Source: Sphingomonadales bacterium (GTDB taxonomy: Bacteria; Pseudomonadota; Alphaproteobacteria; Sphingomonadales; JAKSBY01). From it: a stretch of 64,000 nt of DNA. Below are positions 52,426 to 61,077 of the stretch, in pieces; within the stretch, counting starts at the first letter, position 1, and every line of letters starts with the position of its first letter. Below the pieces are notes generated by a model. That model was given only the letters and a program-made list of their open reading frames with translations. It ran no database searches and was not told the origin of the DNA. The stretch covers positions 1,817 to 65,816 of the forward strand of contig JAKSBY010000558.1 in NCBI GenBank assembly GCA_022360855.1. Reading direction: 5' to 3'. The translations under genes and the position numbers were made by a program.

Positions 52426-54380
52426 GTTGTGCGCTCCGTAATCCCTGTCCGCATGCCAGCGACGGCTTCGGTTGCCGTCAAACGCGACCCTGCCAGAACC
52501 TCCGCGACTGACACCAAATCCGCCACGTCCATGACGGCCGCATCGATGACAGCCCCGGCCGACGCGTCTTCCGGGCTGCCAACCGCGCGACCGGCTGCCA
52601 ATGGCGTTCCTAGCAGAGGCGAACTCGCCGTGTCATCGGGCGCGCTCGCGGAATGACCCGTACCGCCGGGCGTGCCGATTACCGTATCGACAACAATCTC
52701 GCTGATCGCCGCCAAAGCGTGCGGCACCGCGCCTGGACCGCCTATCGACGACGCCGCAGCCGAGCGGTCAGGCGCGCCGGACACATGCGAGGTCGCCTGC
52801 GGCGGCTGTATGGTCGACGCCGAAACGCAATCGCCTGCCGCACCAACCGTGTTCGGCACGGCCGGCGGGCTGTCGACCTGCGCAAACGCCGATACGCCGT
52901 CGACCTCCGTGGCCGCGCCGCCAGCCGTGGGGCTTTCGACGGCGCCAGCCGAGACGAGTCCGTCCACCGACCCGACCGAATGCGAGGTCGCCGCCGGATC
53001 ATCTGCAGACGACGCGGTCGCCGCGTCCTCGATTTGGCCGACCGCATTTGCCGTGGCGGTCGGAACGTCGACCGTTGACTCTGCGGAGGAATCGTCGACC
53101 GCGCCGGCAGCCGTGCTGCTACCGACCGGGTCGCCGGTCAGCGCGGCGGAAGTCGCATCGCCTGCCGAGCCCGTCGCGTCGGCCACGCCTGCCGGCCCGT
53201 CGATAGCGGTGGCGGCAAGAGCGTCGTCGGTTGTGCCGACGGCGCGCACCGTCGCTGTTGGGCTCTCGGCGGCGGCAGCCGAAACGGCATCGTCGACGCT
53301 GACCGTGCCGCCGATCGTCTCATGCGTCGCCGCCGAGCCGTCGAAGAATGTGTCGGGGCTCTTCTGGTTGTTGACGTTCGCGGCCAAGCGATCGCTTGTC
53401 TGCGCCGCCTTCCAGGCGATGACCTGCGCGATGTCGCCGTCGTAGCTTTGAGCCGCCGCGTCGAAGCCACCGATGTAAAAGTTCACGAAGTCCGTCGTGG
53501 AGTCCGGGTCGGAATCTGACGACGTCGCAACCGAACTACCGTTTGTGTAGCCCTCGTGATCGTCGGTCGCCCGGCTCGTGAAGTCGGTCCATATCCAGGT
53601 ATTGGCGAGCGACTCGTTGTTGATATTGATGATGTTCAGACCGACATGCCGCCAAAAGACCCGCAGCCCGTTGCCGTCCGCGCTGTCCATCGGGTAGATG
53701 ACCAGATCGTCGGTGCCCTCGAACGCGGCAACCGCCTTGTCGGCCGCATAGGCGGACCTGCGAGAGATGATCGAGATCGTCCCGTCATAGTCCGCGAAGA
53801 CGTCCTCCAGCGCCGCGTCGCTGTTGCTGACCCGGTCACTGCCAGAGAACGAATTCGCCTTTCCGTAAGGCCCGTCGATGCTGGTGAGCGTGCCCGATAC
53901 CGACATCGTATGATTGCCGGCGCTGTCGACCGGCGTGGTGCTCTCCATGAGGATCGCCGCCTGCGCGTCCGCGAATACGTTGTCGCGGCCGTTCAGGTCG
54001 GTATGCGCCGGCGCGGCGATCGTCTCGTCACCGCAGGCCAAATAGATCGGCGTGTCGCTGACCGCGCTCTCGACGAAGTCGGACTTTCGGCAGTGCAGCT
54101 CCAAGGTGCCGTCTCCGGCGCCGCGTGAGCTGTCCAGCGAGAAGCCTACCGTATAGACCGCGAACTCGCCGGAGAGGACGTCGGCCGAGAAACTCTCGTA
54201 GACGCGGAAATTCGCGCCCGTCGATCCCTGGTTGACCCCGTTCGGGTCGAAAAAGTCGTCACGGACCGTGGTTCCGGCCGCGCCGAACGCCGCCGCCGTG
54301 ATCAGGACGATCCGGCCGGTCTGGTTCGAGGGGATTTTCAGGTGGTCGATGACCGCCTTGAAGACCTCCGCGTTCGCCAT
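52422..54380 (-). CDS. Tail-fibre-like protein: N-terminal domain, LamG-like region, C-terminal array of ~22-aa repeats
   Basis: 652 aa. …GLRVFWRHVGLNIININNESLANTWIWTDF…NFYIGGF…YDGDIAQVIAWK… resembles LamG. About 12 degenerate repeats follow. Confidence 0.7.
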   Translation of the reverse strand: MANAEVFKAVIDHLKIPSNQTGRIVLITAAAFGAAGTTVRDDFFDPNGVNQGSTGANFRVYESFSADVLSGEFAVYTVGFSLDSSRGAGDGTLELHCRKSDFVESAVSDTPIYLACGDETIAAPAHTDLNGRDNVFADAQAAILMESTTPVDSAGNHTMSVSGTLTSIDGPYGKANSFSGSDRVSNSDAALEDVFADYDGTISIISRRSAYAADKAVAAFEGTDDLVIYPMDSADGNGLRVFWRHVGLNIININNESLANTWIWTDFTSRATDDHEGYTNGSSVATSSDSDPDSTTDFVNFYIGGFDAAAQSYDGDIAQVIAWKAAQTSDRLAANVNNQKSPDTFFDGSAATHETIGGTVSVDDAVSAAAAESPTATVRAVGTTDDALAATAIDGPAGVADATGSAGDATSAALTGDPVGSSTAAGAVDDSSAESTVDVPTATANAVGQIEDAATASSADDPAATSHSVGSVDGLVSAGAVESPTAGGAATEVDGVSAFAQVDSPPAVPNTVGAAGDCVSASTIQPPQATSHVSGAPDRSAAASSIGGPGAVPHALAAISEIVVDTVIGTPGGTGHSASAPDDTASSPLLGTPLAAGRAVGSPEDASAGAVIDAAVMDVADLVSVAEVLAGSRLTATEAVAGMRTGITERTT

Positions 54381-54383
54381 GGC

Positions 54384-54884
54384 CTACTCGGAAATCCGCT
54401 TCGAATCCATAGCGCCGTCAGTCCGCCACACCAGAAAGCGCCCGCGACGCACCGCATTAGCGTCGGCGGGATCGGTCTCCCAAACATCGACCACCGCCCA
54501 GTCATCCTCGGAATCGATATCGCCGACCGCGAATTTCAGAACGCCATCGGGCTTGTTTGCGCCGAACCAAACCGCCGCGTGCTCGCCGAACTTGCGATTG
54601 CGCTCGGGCCTAAGCGCCTTTTTCGCGACCTGCCCGTGCCAGATCGTATCCTCGCGCGGCCCTCCCTCGTCGATCACTATGTAGTGGACGGACCCGATTT
54701 GGCCTACGTCTTCATCGGCGTTCGGATCGGTTTCGCGCTCCATGACGGGACGGCGGTAAGACGACGCGCGGAGTGCCCGCTTCGTCGCGGCGTGGTCCTC
54801 GTCATTCGTTGCCTTTTCTTCCGGTCCGACGATGGCGTAAATGTCGCGCAGCCTGGCTTCGAATTGTGCTTTCGTCGTGGGCAT
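54384..54884 (-). CDS. Hypothetical acidic protein (166 aa)
   Basis: ORF in the fibre-like module with ordinary composition. Confidence 0.5.
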   Translation of the reverse strand: MPTTKAQFEARLRDIYAIVGPEEKATNDEDHAATKRALRASSYRRPVMERETDPNADEDVGQIGSVHYIVIDEGGPREDTIWHGQVAKKALRPERNRKFGEHAAVWFGANKPDGVLKFAVGDIDSEDDWAVVDVWETDPADANAVRRGRFLVWRTDGAMDSKRISE

Positions 54885-54892
54885 CGGCGCAC

Positions 54893-55471
54893 CTATGTCG
54901 GATCGAGGAGTTCGAGCGCGTCGAAGGCCGCCAAATCGGTCGTACCAGGGGAATTTACATTTATGGTGGCGGTCAAGGTCGTGACGGCTAGCAATACCGG
55001 ATCGTCCGAGCCGATAACGCCCTTGTCGATCAACGCAGCATGATCGAGGGCCGTGCCGCTCCGGTGATTCGTGATACCGCTCTTGGCCGCGACATTGACC
55101 TTGCGGCCCGAGGTATCACCGTTAGCAATCGAGAAGTCGCCGGCGACCATGGCCTGCGCCGCGTAAGCCTTGCTGGCGCGGGCCGTCCAAACGACGCCAT
55201 TATCATTCGTCGTGTTGCCCGGCGTAACGTCGAAAGTCGGCTCGCTTCCGCCGCTCGTGCCGGCGGTCGTACATTCGTAGACGTTGCCGTCCCGGGTCGC
55301 CGGCCTGACGGCGTCGCCTATCTGATAGGCGGTGCTGGCCGCCCACTGCGGCGGGTCGATTGCCTCGTATACCGTCGCCGGTTCGCCCTTGCAGATGGTC
55401 ATCTGGTCGCAGTCGGTCTTTATCTTGTTCAAAGCGGCGTCGTAGACGCTGTCGTCAATTTTCTTGCCCAT
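54893..55471 (-). CDS. Hypothetical fibre-module protein (192 aa)
   Basis: From MGKKIDDSVYDAAL…, ATG preceded by AAGGA. It contains …PPQWAASTAYQIGDAVRPATRDGNVYECTTAGTSGGSEPTF…GVVW…, a motif common in phage receptor-binding proteins. Confidence 0.55.
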   Translation of the reverse strand: MGKKIDDSVYDAALNKIKTDCDQMTICKGEPATVYEAIDPPQWAASTAYQIGDAVRPATRDGNVYECTTAGTSGGSEPTFDVTPGNTTNDNGVVWTARASKAYAAQAMVAGDFSIANGDTSGRKVNVAAKSGITNHRSGTALDHAALIDKGVIGSDDPVLLAVTTLTATINVNSPGTTDLAAFDALELLDPT

Positions 55472-55502
55472 GCGATAGTCCTTTGCCGCGATCCGGCGAT
55501 TG

Positions 55503-55540
55503 CACAAAAGCCATCCCCCGCTCCGGTCGGAGCGGGGGAT
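55503..55540 (-). terminator. Strong rho-independent terminator upstream of the fibre-like module
   Basis: 11-bp perfect stem tcccccgctcc / ggagcggggga with a 4-nt loop, followed on the minus strand by GGCTTTTGTG. Confidence 0.65.
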
Positions 55541-55620
55541 GAGTTGATACACGGAAGCCCTACAATTTCTCTGGAGACGAACGGGTGGATGGACGGCTCG
55601 TAAGTTCCAACAAACCCCGA

Positions 55621-55661
55621 ACGCCAAAAGAAATGCCGAGGGATGCTCCCGCACCCTTCGG
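55621..55661 (-). terminator. Second, weaker terminator-like hairpin after the 220-aa gene
   Basis: Minus strand reads GCCGAAGGG…CCCTCGGC (8 bp with one bulge), followed by ATTTCTTTTGG. It begins 50 nt after the stop at 55711. Confidence 0.4.
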
Positions 55662-55710
55662 CATGGTGGGGACCATGTCAAACGAGCGACTTTCCGTCAA
55701 GTAGGATTCT

Positions 55711-56373
55711 CTAAAGCCTCGAGGAATTTTTCACCTTGAACTTCTCGCGCCAGGGCCGCGCCGCCACCTCCGGTGCGGTGACAACCAAGCCGGCCGGGTA
55801 GCGTTTGCCCGCCAAATAAACCAGTGCCGAATGCCAAAGCTCATAAATCTGCCGCCTTGCATTGACTTCGTCCGGTCCGTCCACGAGATACACCGCGCAA
55901 TAGGTCGCGCCGGTCTCCTCGTCATAGTCGATCATGGCGCGCCTGCGCCGGCTGTCCCAATAAAGCGGCACCAGCCGTGTGCGCGCCGCCTCGCCCCAAT
56001 CCGGGCGCGACTTCGCCCGGCCGTAGCCAACCACCAGCTTTGACATCGTGTCGGGGAGGGTCGCCACATGGTCATTGACCGTCTGCGCCACCTCATGAAC
56101 CTCGCCGGAATCCTGACTCGTGCGAATGACCGCGCCGAGCACCGCTATCTCGGCCGCCACGCCGGTGCCGTCGCGGCTTCTGCCCTGGCGGCGAATGTTG
56201 GCGGCCGCCAACTCGCCCTCGAAGAGCCCGGCGCCGGCGTCGATGATCCTGTCGGCCTTCTGGTCGCCGAAAGCCCAGCGCACGAGCATTTCTATGTCGA
56301 TCCGCTTGTCCGGACCCCAGGGCAGCGTGATCCTCCGACCGTGTTCCTGACCGGGCCCTTTTATTCTATACAC
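55711..56373 (-). CDS. Hypothetical phage protein (220 aa), candidate late-gene regulator by position only
   Basis: Well-composed ORF, preceded by a CGGAAC repeat array and followed by two hairpin terminators. Confidence 0.55.
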   Translation of the reverse strand: MYRIKGPGQEHGRRITLPWGPDKRIDIEMLVRWAFGDQKADRIIDAGAGLFEGELAAANIRRQGRSRDGTGVAAEIAVLGAVIRTSQDSGEVHEVAQTVNDHVATLPDTMSKLVVGYGRAKSRPDWGEAARTRLVPLYWDSRRRRAMIDYDEETGATYCAVYLVDGPDEVNARRQIYELWHSALVYLAGKRYPAGLVVTAPEVAARPWREKFKVKNSSRL

Positions 56374-56415
56374 CCTCTTTTCTTCCTCTTCCTGATGGTC
56401 CCTACAATGAAAGCC

Positions 56416-56575
56416 GTCCGGAACATCGGAACATTCCGCCGGATTCCCTTGGCTTGCCTAGCCTGGCGGCGGTTCCCCAAGGAGCGATTTTGTTCCGGTG
56501 GAGCGGAACGCGCAGTTGCACAAAATTTTTTGTTCCGCTGGAGCGGAACTTTCTAGCCTCCTCCGGAACATCTCG
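56416..56575. promoter_or_regulatory. Array of CGGAAC-containing operator-like repeats
   Basis: Two 22-nt direct repeats: ttttgttccgGtggagcggaac at 56488-56509 and ttttgttccgCtggagcggaac at 56528-56549. Each is internally palindromic (GTTCCG-N6-CGGAAC). In addition, cggaacatcggaacattccg starts at 56419 and ccggaacat at 56562. Confidence 0.5.
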
Positions 56576-56628
56576 AAAAACGCGTCTACACCTTCGTTTG
56601 ATTACCCAAAACGCGCGCGCGGCGGGGC

Positions 56629-58035
56629 TCAGTCCTCCTCTTTCTCGACCACCAAATCGCTGCTCGTCAGGTGTCGGCTCGTCGGCTTGACCTCCGCCCA
56701 ACCGACCAGGCACGCCACCGGCGCGAGCCGCGGGGCCTTCGGATCCTCGCTCTTCGGCCGGCATTTCTTGATGCAGTTGCCAAGGCTCAGTACGTGGCGC
56801 AGCTGATGGCCGGCAGAGCGCGGAGAGAACCGCTCGCCCGAGTGCGTTGCGAAGAGATTGGCGACCTTCTCGAGGGGAATGCGCTCCTCGGGCGCGCGGC
56901 AGAAATTCTCCCGGAACCAATCGACGAACGGCGATTGCTCGGCCGCCCATTCGTCGAGCACTTCCTGCCGGTCCCACAGATGGGTGAAGACCCCGTCATT
57001 CTCGACCAACCGCGCCGCACCGCCGATCGCCCAATTGACGATCCCGGGGAGTTCGTCGAGCATCTTCTGATGGAAGTCGAGTTCCGGCTCGTAAATCGGA
57101 TTCTGCATCTGGATGATGAGAAGCCGGTTGAACACCTCTTGGGTCCGCCCCGGCAGCCTGGGCAGCGGCGGGTTGCAGGCGATCGTGTGCTTCGCGCGGC
57201 TCACATAGGTCTCATGCGCCTTGTTCTTGGCGTCGAGGAGTACCGCGTCGGCGGCGACCAGCGCCTTGAATCCCGATTCGTCGACCAGGCCCTTCGCCGA
57301 GAGCTCGGTGATCGCATTCAGCCGCTTTCCCTTGATCACCGAGCGCATGCGCGGGTCGGACATTTCGTCCATACCAAGATTACAGCAATATTGCCGTCCA
57401 ACCATCTCCCGGAGTATCGCCAAAACCGCCGATTTGCCCGTGTCGCCCTCGCCGTAAAGCAGAAGAGCTTTTTTCAGATTGGCCTCGGGCAAGAGAACGT
57501 AGCCGAAAAATTCCTGCAGGGCCGCCACCCGATCGCGCCAGCGGCCGGAGGGTTCCTTGAACCATTGCTCCAAGGCCTCGCGGAACCTCGGGCACACCGC
57601 GTCCGGTGAATAGTCGACCGGAATCACGTTCTCCAGATAGTCCTCCGGGTCATGATCGCGCATATCGCCGGTCATCACGTCCAAAACGCCGTTGTTGAGC
57701 GCCACCTCGCTCGGCCCCAGCACCTTGAACTCGAAATCCTCCATATGCGCCCGCCAGGCGAGATTCGAAAGCGCGTCGCCGACGACATTGCTGCGCGTCG
57801 CCTTGACGTTCATGTCATTGAGCACGCGCCAAAGCCTGGCCCGCATGCTGTGGCCGGTGACCTGGTCCCAATGGCGGCCGTTCCAGAAATAATAGTTGCC
57901 CGCTCGGTCTTGGCGGTAGTGATCCTCGGCGACCAGCCGGTTCGCGGCTGTGAAATAGGCCGGCGGCCGCGAGTCCTTTTGACCAACCGGCTCTTCAGTT
58001 TCGCCTTGTTCCTCTTCAAATGGATCGTCGGTCAC
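56629..58035 (-). CDS. Phage/plasmid primase-helicase, P4/D5 family (SF3 NTPase)
   Basis: GTG start in a GTGA overlap with the upstream stop. …ALQEFFGYVLL…KKALLLYGEGDTGKSAVL… (Walker A). Upstream of 58035 the track ORF is Arg/Gly-rich shadow sequence. Confidence 0.85.
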   Translation of the reverse strand: MTDDPFEEEQGETEEPVGQKDSRPPAYFTAANRLVAEDHYRQDRAGNYYFWNGRHWDQVTGHSMRARLWRVLNDMNVKATRSNVVGDALSNLAWRAHMEDFEFKVLGPSEVALNNGVLDVMTGDMRDHDPEDYLENVIPVDYSPDAVCPRFREALEQWFKEPSGRWRDRVAALQEFFGYVLLPEANLKKALLLYGEGDTGKSAVLAILREMVGRQYCCNLGMDEMSDPRMRSVIKGKRLNAITELSAKGLVDESGFKALVAADAVLLDAKNKAHETYVSRAKHTIACNPPLPRLPGRTQEVFNRLLIIQMQNPIYEPELDFHQKMLDELPGIVNWAIGGAARLVENDGVFTHLWDRQEVLDEWAAEQSPFVDWFRENFCRAPEERIPLEKVANLFATHSGERFSPRSAGHQLRHVLSLGNCIKKCRPKSEDPKAPRLAPVACLVGWAEVKPTSRHLTSSDLVVEKEED

Positions 58036-58745
58036 GCGGCCTCCGCCTGATCGGGGTTGTTGTCTTTTTCTCCCTGATCGGCCGAAGGGTCTTCCGCCTT
58101 TCGCCTGACCACCTTGGGGAACCGCCGCTTGGGCGTGTCTTCCCGCATGCGCTCGTAAATCCACTCGGCCAAGCGCTTGTCGTCGCGCACGACGATCTTC
58201 GCGTAGTCGGCCGGCAGGCCCGTCAGCGCCGACCAATCCACGTGCCGCCGATCGACGACGAGGTGGCCGCGCGAGAACGGCGCCGACAGCCCGTCGTCGA
58301 TATGATGAACGGCCGCCATCGTCTCCGCGTCGAGCGCGAGGTCCGCGAAATACCGCGCCCAATCGGCGAACCACGCCCGCGCGCCGGCATAGAGCCACGC
58401 CTCGGGCCCGCGCTTGCGGTCCTCGGCCTCCCAGGGCTGGCCGCCGATCAGCCAATCGAGGCCGTTGATCAGCCATTGGCCGCCCCGCACCGGGTCGAAA
58501 CACAAAAGATCGACCGGCCCGCCACCCGGCCCGTCGAGGATCGACAGGCAGACCGTGAGCCGCCCGCCGTCTTCCGGCCCGACAACCTGGCAGAGCCCCC
58601 CGCCCACCGGCTCGACCCTGAGGAGCCCGACATTAACCCTCGGATCGCCCCGCCATTCGGGCAGGTTTTCCGCCAACCACGCTACGCCGTGGCGCGACCG
58701 CGCCTGTTCCAAGGCCTGGATATCGAGCGAGGCAACGGGCGTCAT
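58032..58745 (-). CDS. Hypothetical replication-module protein (237 aa)
   Basis: ORF translationally coupled to the primase-helicase. No motif recognised. Confidence 0.55.
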   Translation of the reverse strand: MTPVASLDIQALEQARSRHGVAWLAENLPEWRGDPRVNVGLLRVEPVGGGLCQVVGPEDGGRLTVCLSILDGPGGGPVDLLCFDPVRGGQWLINGLDWLIGGQPWEAEDRKRGPEAWLYAGARAWFADWARYFADLALDAETMAAVHHIDDGLSAPFSRGHLVVDRRHVDWSALTGLPADYAKIVVRDDKRLAEWIYERMREDTPKRRFPKVVRRKAEDPSADQGEKDNNPDQAEAA

Positions 58746-58975
58746 TTTGCGCTGATCACCTCTGTCCGGCCCGCCTCATTGATGGTGAACCAACCTCCGT
58801 AACCGGATTGGTCCGGGTAGACCGTGCCGAGACCCTTTTTCTCGAGGTTCTGGGCGACACGCAGCTTGGCCCGGCGGCACAACACACCCTGCTCCCGGGC
58901 CGACCCGAACTTCCACCGCCAATAGCCGTCGGCGAGAATCGCCCTCTCGGCGTCCGTGATCCTTGTCTCGGTCAT
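58742..58975 (-). CDS. Hypothetical protein (77 aa)
   Basis: Coupled by 4-nt overlaps on both sides. Confidence 0.45.
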   Translation of the reverse strand: MTETRITDAERAILADGYWRWKFGSAREQGVLCRRAKLRVAQNLEKKGLGTVYPDQSGYGGWFTINEAGRTEVISAK

Positions 58976-59274
58976 GAGCGCTCGCCTTCAGGCACGTAGC
59001 CGTGCCGGTCAATCAGCTTGTCCAGAGACATCGCCATGCCAGCGCTCAATGAGCCATGCGAGCCCAGCACGTGCAGAATGTCGACCAAGAGCCAAGCGAC
59101 GTCGCCGGCCTCCATCACCGCCTCCAATTCGTCACCCTTCAGCACCGCGCCGACGAACTCGCCGACTTCCTCTAGCAAGTGCTCGATCTGATCGGCAGGG
59201 TCGCTGGACGTGTAGCCTTGATCGCGAAAGTGATCAAAGTGCCGGATAGCCTCTTTTTCCATGCGCGTGGTCAT
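58972..59274 (-). CDS. MazG-like nucleotide pyrophosphohydrolase
   Basis: …LLEEVGEFVGAV…EAVMEAGDVAWLLVDIL…, the EExxE…ExxD metal-binding pattern of all-alpha NTP-PPases. Confidence 0.7.
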   Translation of the reverse strand: MTTRMEKEAIRHFDHFRDQGYTSSDPADQIEHLLEEVGEFVGAVLKGDELEAVMEAGDVAWLLVDILHVLGSHGSLSAGMAMSLDKLIDRHGYVPEGERS

Positions 59275-59465
59275 TCGCCATACGCCTCCGCGTCATCGAG
59301 TCCCCATTCAACAAGCGTCCGCACCTGTTCCCCGAAGCTCGTGCCCTCGCTGATAGCCCGCTGCCGGATCGCGTCGAAGGTCTCCTCATCGAAGGCCACC
59401 ACGACCGCCAACTTTCTGTCCTTTCTGACGCCGCGCGCCACCGGTCTCTTCTGAGTGTGCGTCAC
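59271..59465 (-). CDS. Ribbon-helix-helix-like small protein
   Basis: I prefer the GTG at 59465, 7 nt after GGAG. …KLAVVVAFDEETFDAIRQRAISEGTSFGEQVRTLVEWGL… shows a strand-helix-helix pattern. Confidence 0.45.
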   Translation of the reverse strand: MTHTQKRPVARGVRKDRKLAVVVAFDEETFDAIRQRAISEGTSFGEQVRTLVEWGLDDAEAYGE

Positions 59466-59577
59466 GGCCCCACTCCGGAGCCGCCGATCTCGCAGAGGTC
59501 GCGCCGCAACCACTCCTCGGGAATCAAAAGCTCCATCGCAAACCTGTTGGCTTCGATCTCTTGGGCCGGCGTGACTG

Positions 59578-60627
59578 TCATTGGCGCGGCAACTCCCGAT
59601 GTTCGACCCCGTTAAGCGTGGCGCCGGCGGTCTTCTTGCCGACCCGTCGCACCGTCGCGCCGTCGGGAAATTTGAAGCACTCGCCCGGCCCGGCCACTTC
59701 GCTCACCGAAACCCAATCGCCCCATTGCTTAAAGAAAAACGGCACGCCGGCTTCGGCACAGTCATCGCGAAGGGCACGCACCCAATCCGGGTGCATGGGC
59801 CGCGCGCCCGGCCCGCTCTCGCCGCCGCACACGACCCAATCTAGGTGCCGATGCTCGCTGTCTGGCGGCGGCGGACCTTCAATGTCCCACTCGCCTTTGT
59901 AAAGCACGCCGCTATTCGGATATTTGCCGTCCACAGCGTCCAGATACACAGGCGGGCGGTGGCTGTCCGGCACGGTCGCTGTCAATTGTAGCCGCGTGAC
60001 ATCTACCGGCCCTAACAGCGGCTCCGCCGATATCCAGCGCACCGCGGCTGGCGTGTCGAGCAGGATTGGTATACGCTCGTTCGCGCGCGTCTGGTCTTCG
60101 ACCGAGACGCCGAGCCAGACATTGGGGAGTGGCCAGCCTCGATAGCTGACTAAGCTCCACCAACTGTCGCCGTCGTCCATCAGCCTGCAGCCCTGGTTTA
60201 GGACACGACAAAAGGCGCGGTCGCCATCGATGATCTTGTTAAACCATTTTCGCATCCGGTCGGGACGCTTTGTAAGCACTTGAAAGACGTGCTGCGGCGC
60301 GACGGCCATGACGGCAAAGACCCGGTCGATCCACGCGTCCGGCACGGCCTCGTGGAACAAGTCGCCATGAGCGCAGACGAAGATCATGCGCGGTCGTCGC
60401 CAGCGCAGCGGCTGCGTCAGCCACGCCTCGTTAAGGCGCACCGCGCCATTCCACACCGGCCCGGCCTTCGACGGCGCGGTCAGGCCCGCCCGGCTCGGAT
60501 GATTCCGCAGCCGCCCGCCGGCCAGCCGCATGGCGTAGCAGTTCGTGCAGCCCGGCGAGACGACGGAGCACCCTGTGATCGGGTTCCACGTGGCATCGGT
60601 CCATTCTATTTTGCTGTTATCGCTCAT
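59578..60627 (-). CDS. Phage Gp37/Gp68 family (DUF5131) protein
   Basis: MSDNSKIEWTDATWNPITGCSVVSPGCTNCYA… is the characteristic N-terminus. …VWLGVSVEDQ… and …DWVVCGGESGPGARPMHPDWVR… are also present. Confidence 0.85.
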   Translation of the reverse strand: MSDNSKIEWTDATWNPITGCSVVSPGCTNCYAMRLAGGRLRNHPSRAGLTAPSKAGPVWNGAVRLNEAWLTQPLRWRRPRMIFVCAHGDLFHEAVPDAWIDRVFAVMAVAPQHVFQVLTKRPDRMRKWFNKIIDGDRAFCRVLNQGCRLMDDGDSWWSLVSYRGWPLPNVWLGVSVEDQTRANERIPILLDTPAAVRWISAEPLLGPVDVTRLQLTATVPDSHRPPVYLDAVDGKYPNSGVLYKGEWDIEGPPPPDSEHRHLDWVVCGGESGPGARPMHPDWVRALRDDCAEAGVPFFFKQWGDWVSVSEVAGPGECFKFPDGATVRRVGKKTAGATLNGVEHRELPRQ

Positions 60628-61004
60628 AGGCCGTCGCTCGATCTTGGTGATGTGGTCTCTTTGTCCGGTAGAATGGCCAGGATGTAACCGCACCCCCTGA
60701 GGTTGCCGATTTCCAGCCCCGTTCCGGCGAGCTTGTGACGAAGCGACTGCACCCAGGCCGTGACGATGTTGTCGTAGTCAGCCGAGCCGTCGAATCGGTC
60801 CATGACGCACTCGAACAGGTCTATGGGGCTGACGAATTCGCCAAGCCGATCTGCCATCGCCTTTAGGGCTGCCGCTTGCCGCGGGCCGAAATGCGTGCTC
60901 TTGCCGCGGAACCACAGGGTATTCGTTTCTAAATCGACCCAGGGCGTCGCCTGTTCCGGCAGGACCTGCCGGCAATAGGGACAGTGCTGGACCCCGCCTG
61001 TCAT
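60624..61004 (-). CDS. Zinc-ribbon + OmpR/PhoB-type winged-helix DNA-binding protein
   Basis: MTGGVQHCPYCRQ…, then …FGPRQAAALKAMADRLGEFVSPIDLFECV…VQSLRHKLAGTGLEIGNLRGCGYIL. Confidence 0.6.
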   Translation of the reverse strand: MTGGVQHCPYCRQVLPEQATPWVDLETNTLWFRGKSTHFGPRQAAALKAMADRLGEFVSPIDLFECVMDRFDGSADYDNIVTAWVQSLRHKLAGTGLEIGNLRGCGYILAILPDKETTSPRSSDGL

Positions 61005-61077
61005 ATCGCGGCCTCCTGCTGCTCGCTGGTAACGCACCGAAGAAACCGGTCACACGGCACATATGCGGCCTCGAAGG

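Noticed and set aside
56402-56977. 191-aa minus-strand ORF, and small plus-strand ORFs over 56454-56806.
   Set aside because: They overlap the CGGAAC repeat array and the well-supported 3' end of the primase-helicase gene. Their composition is shadow-like.
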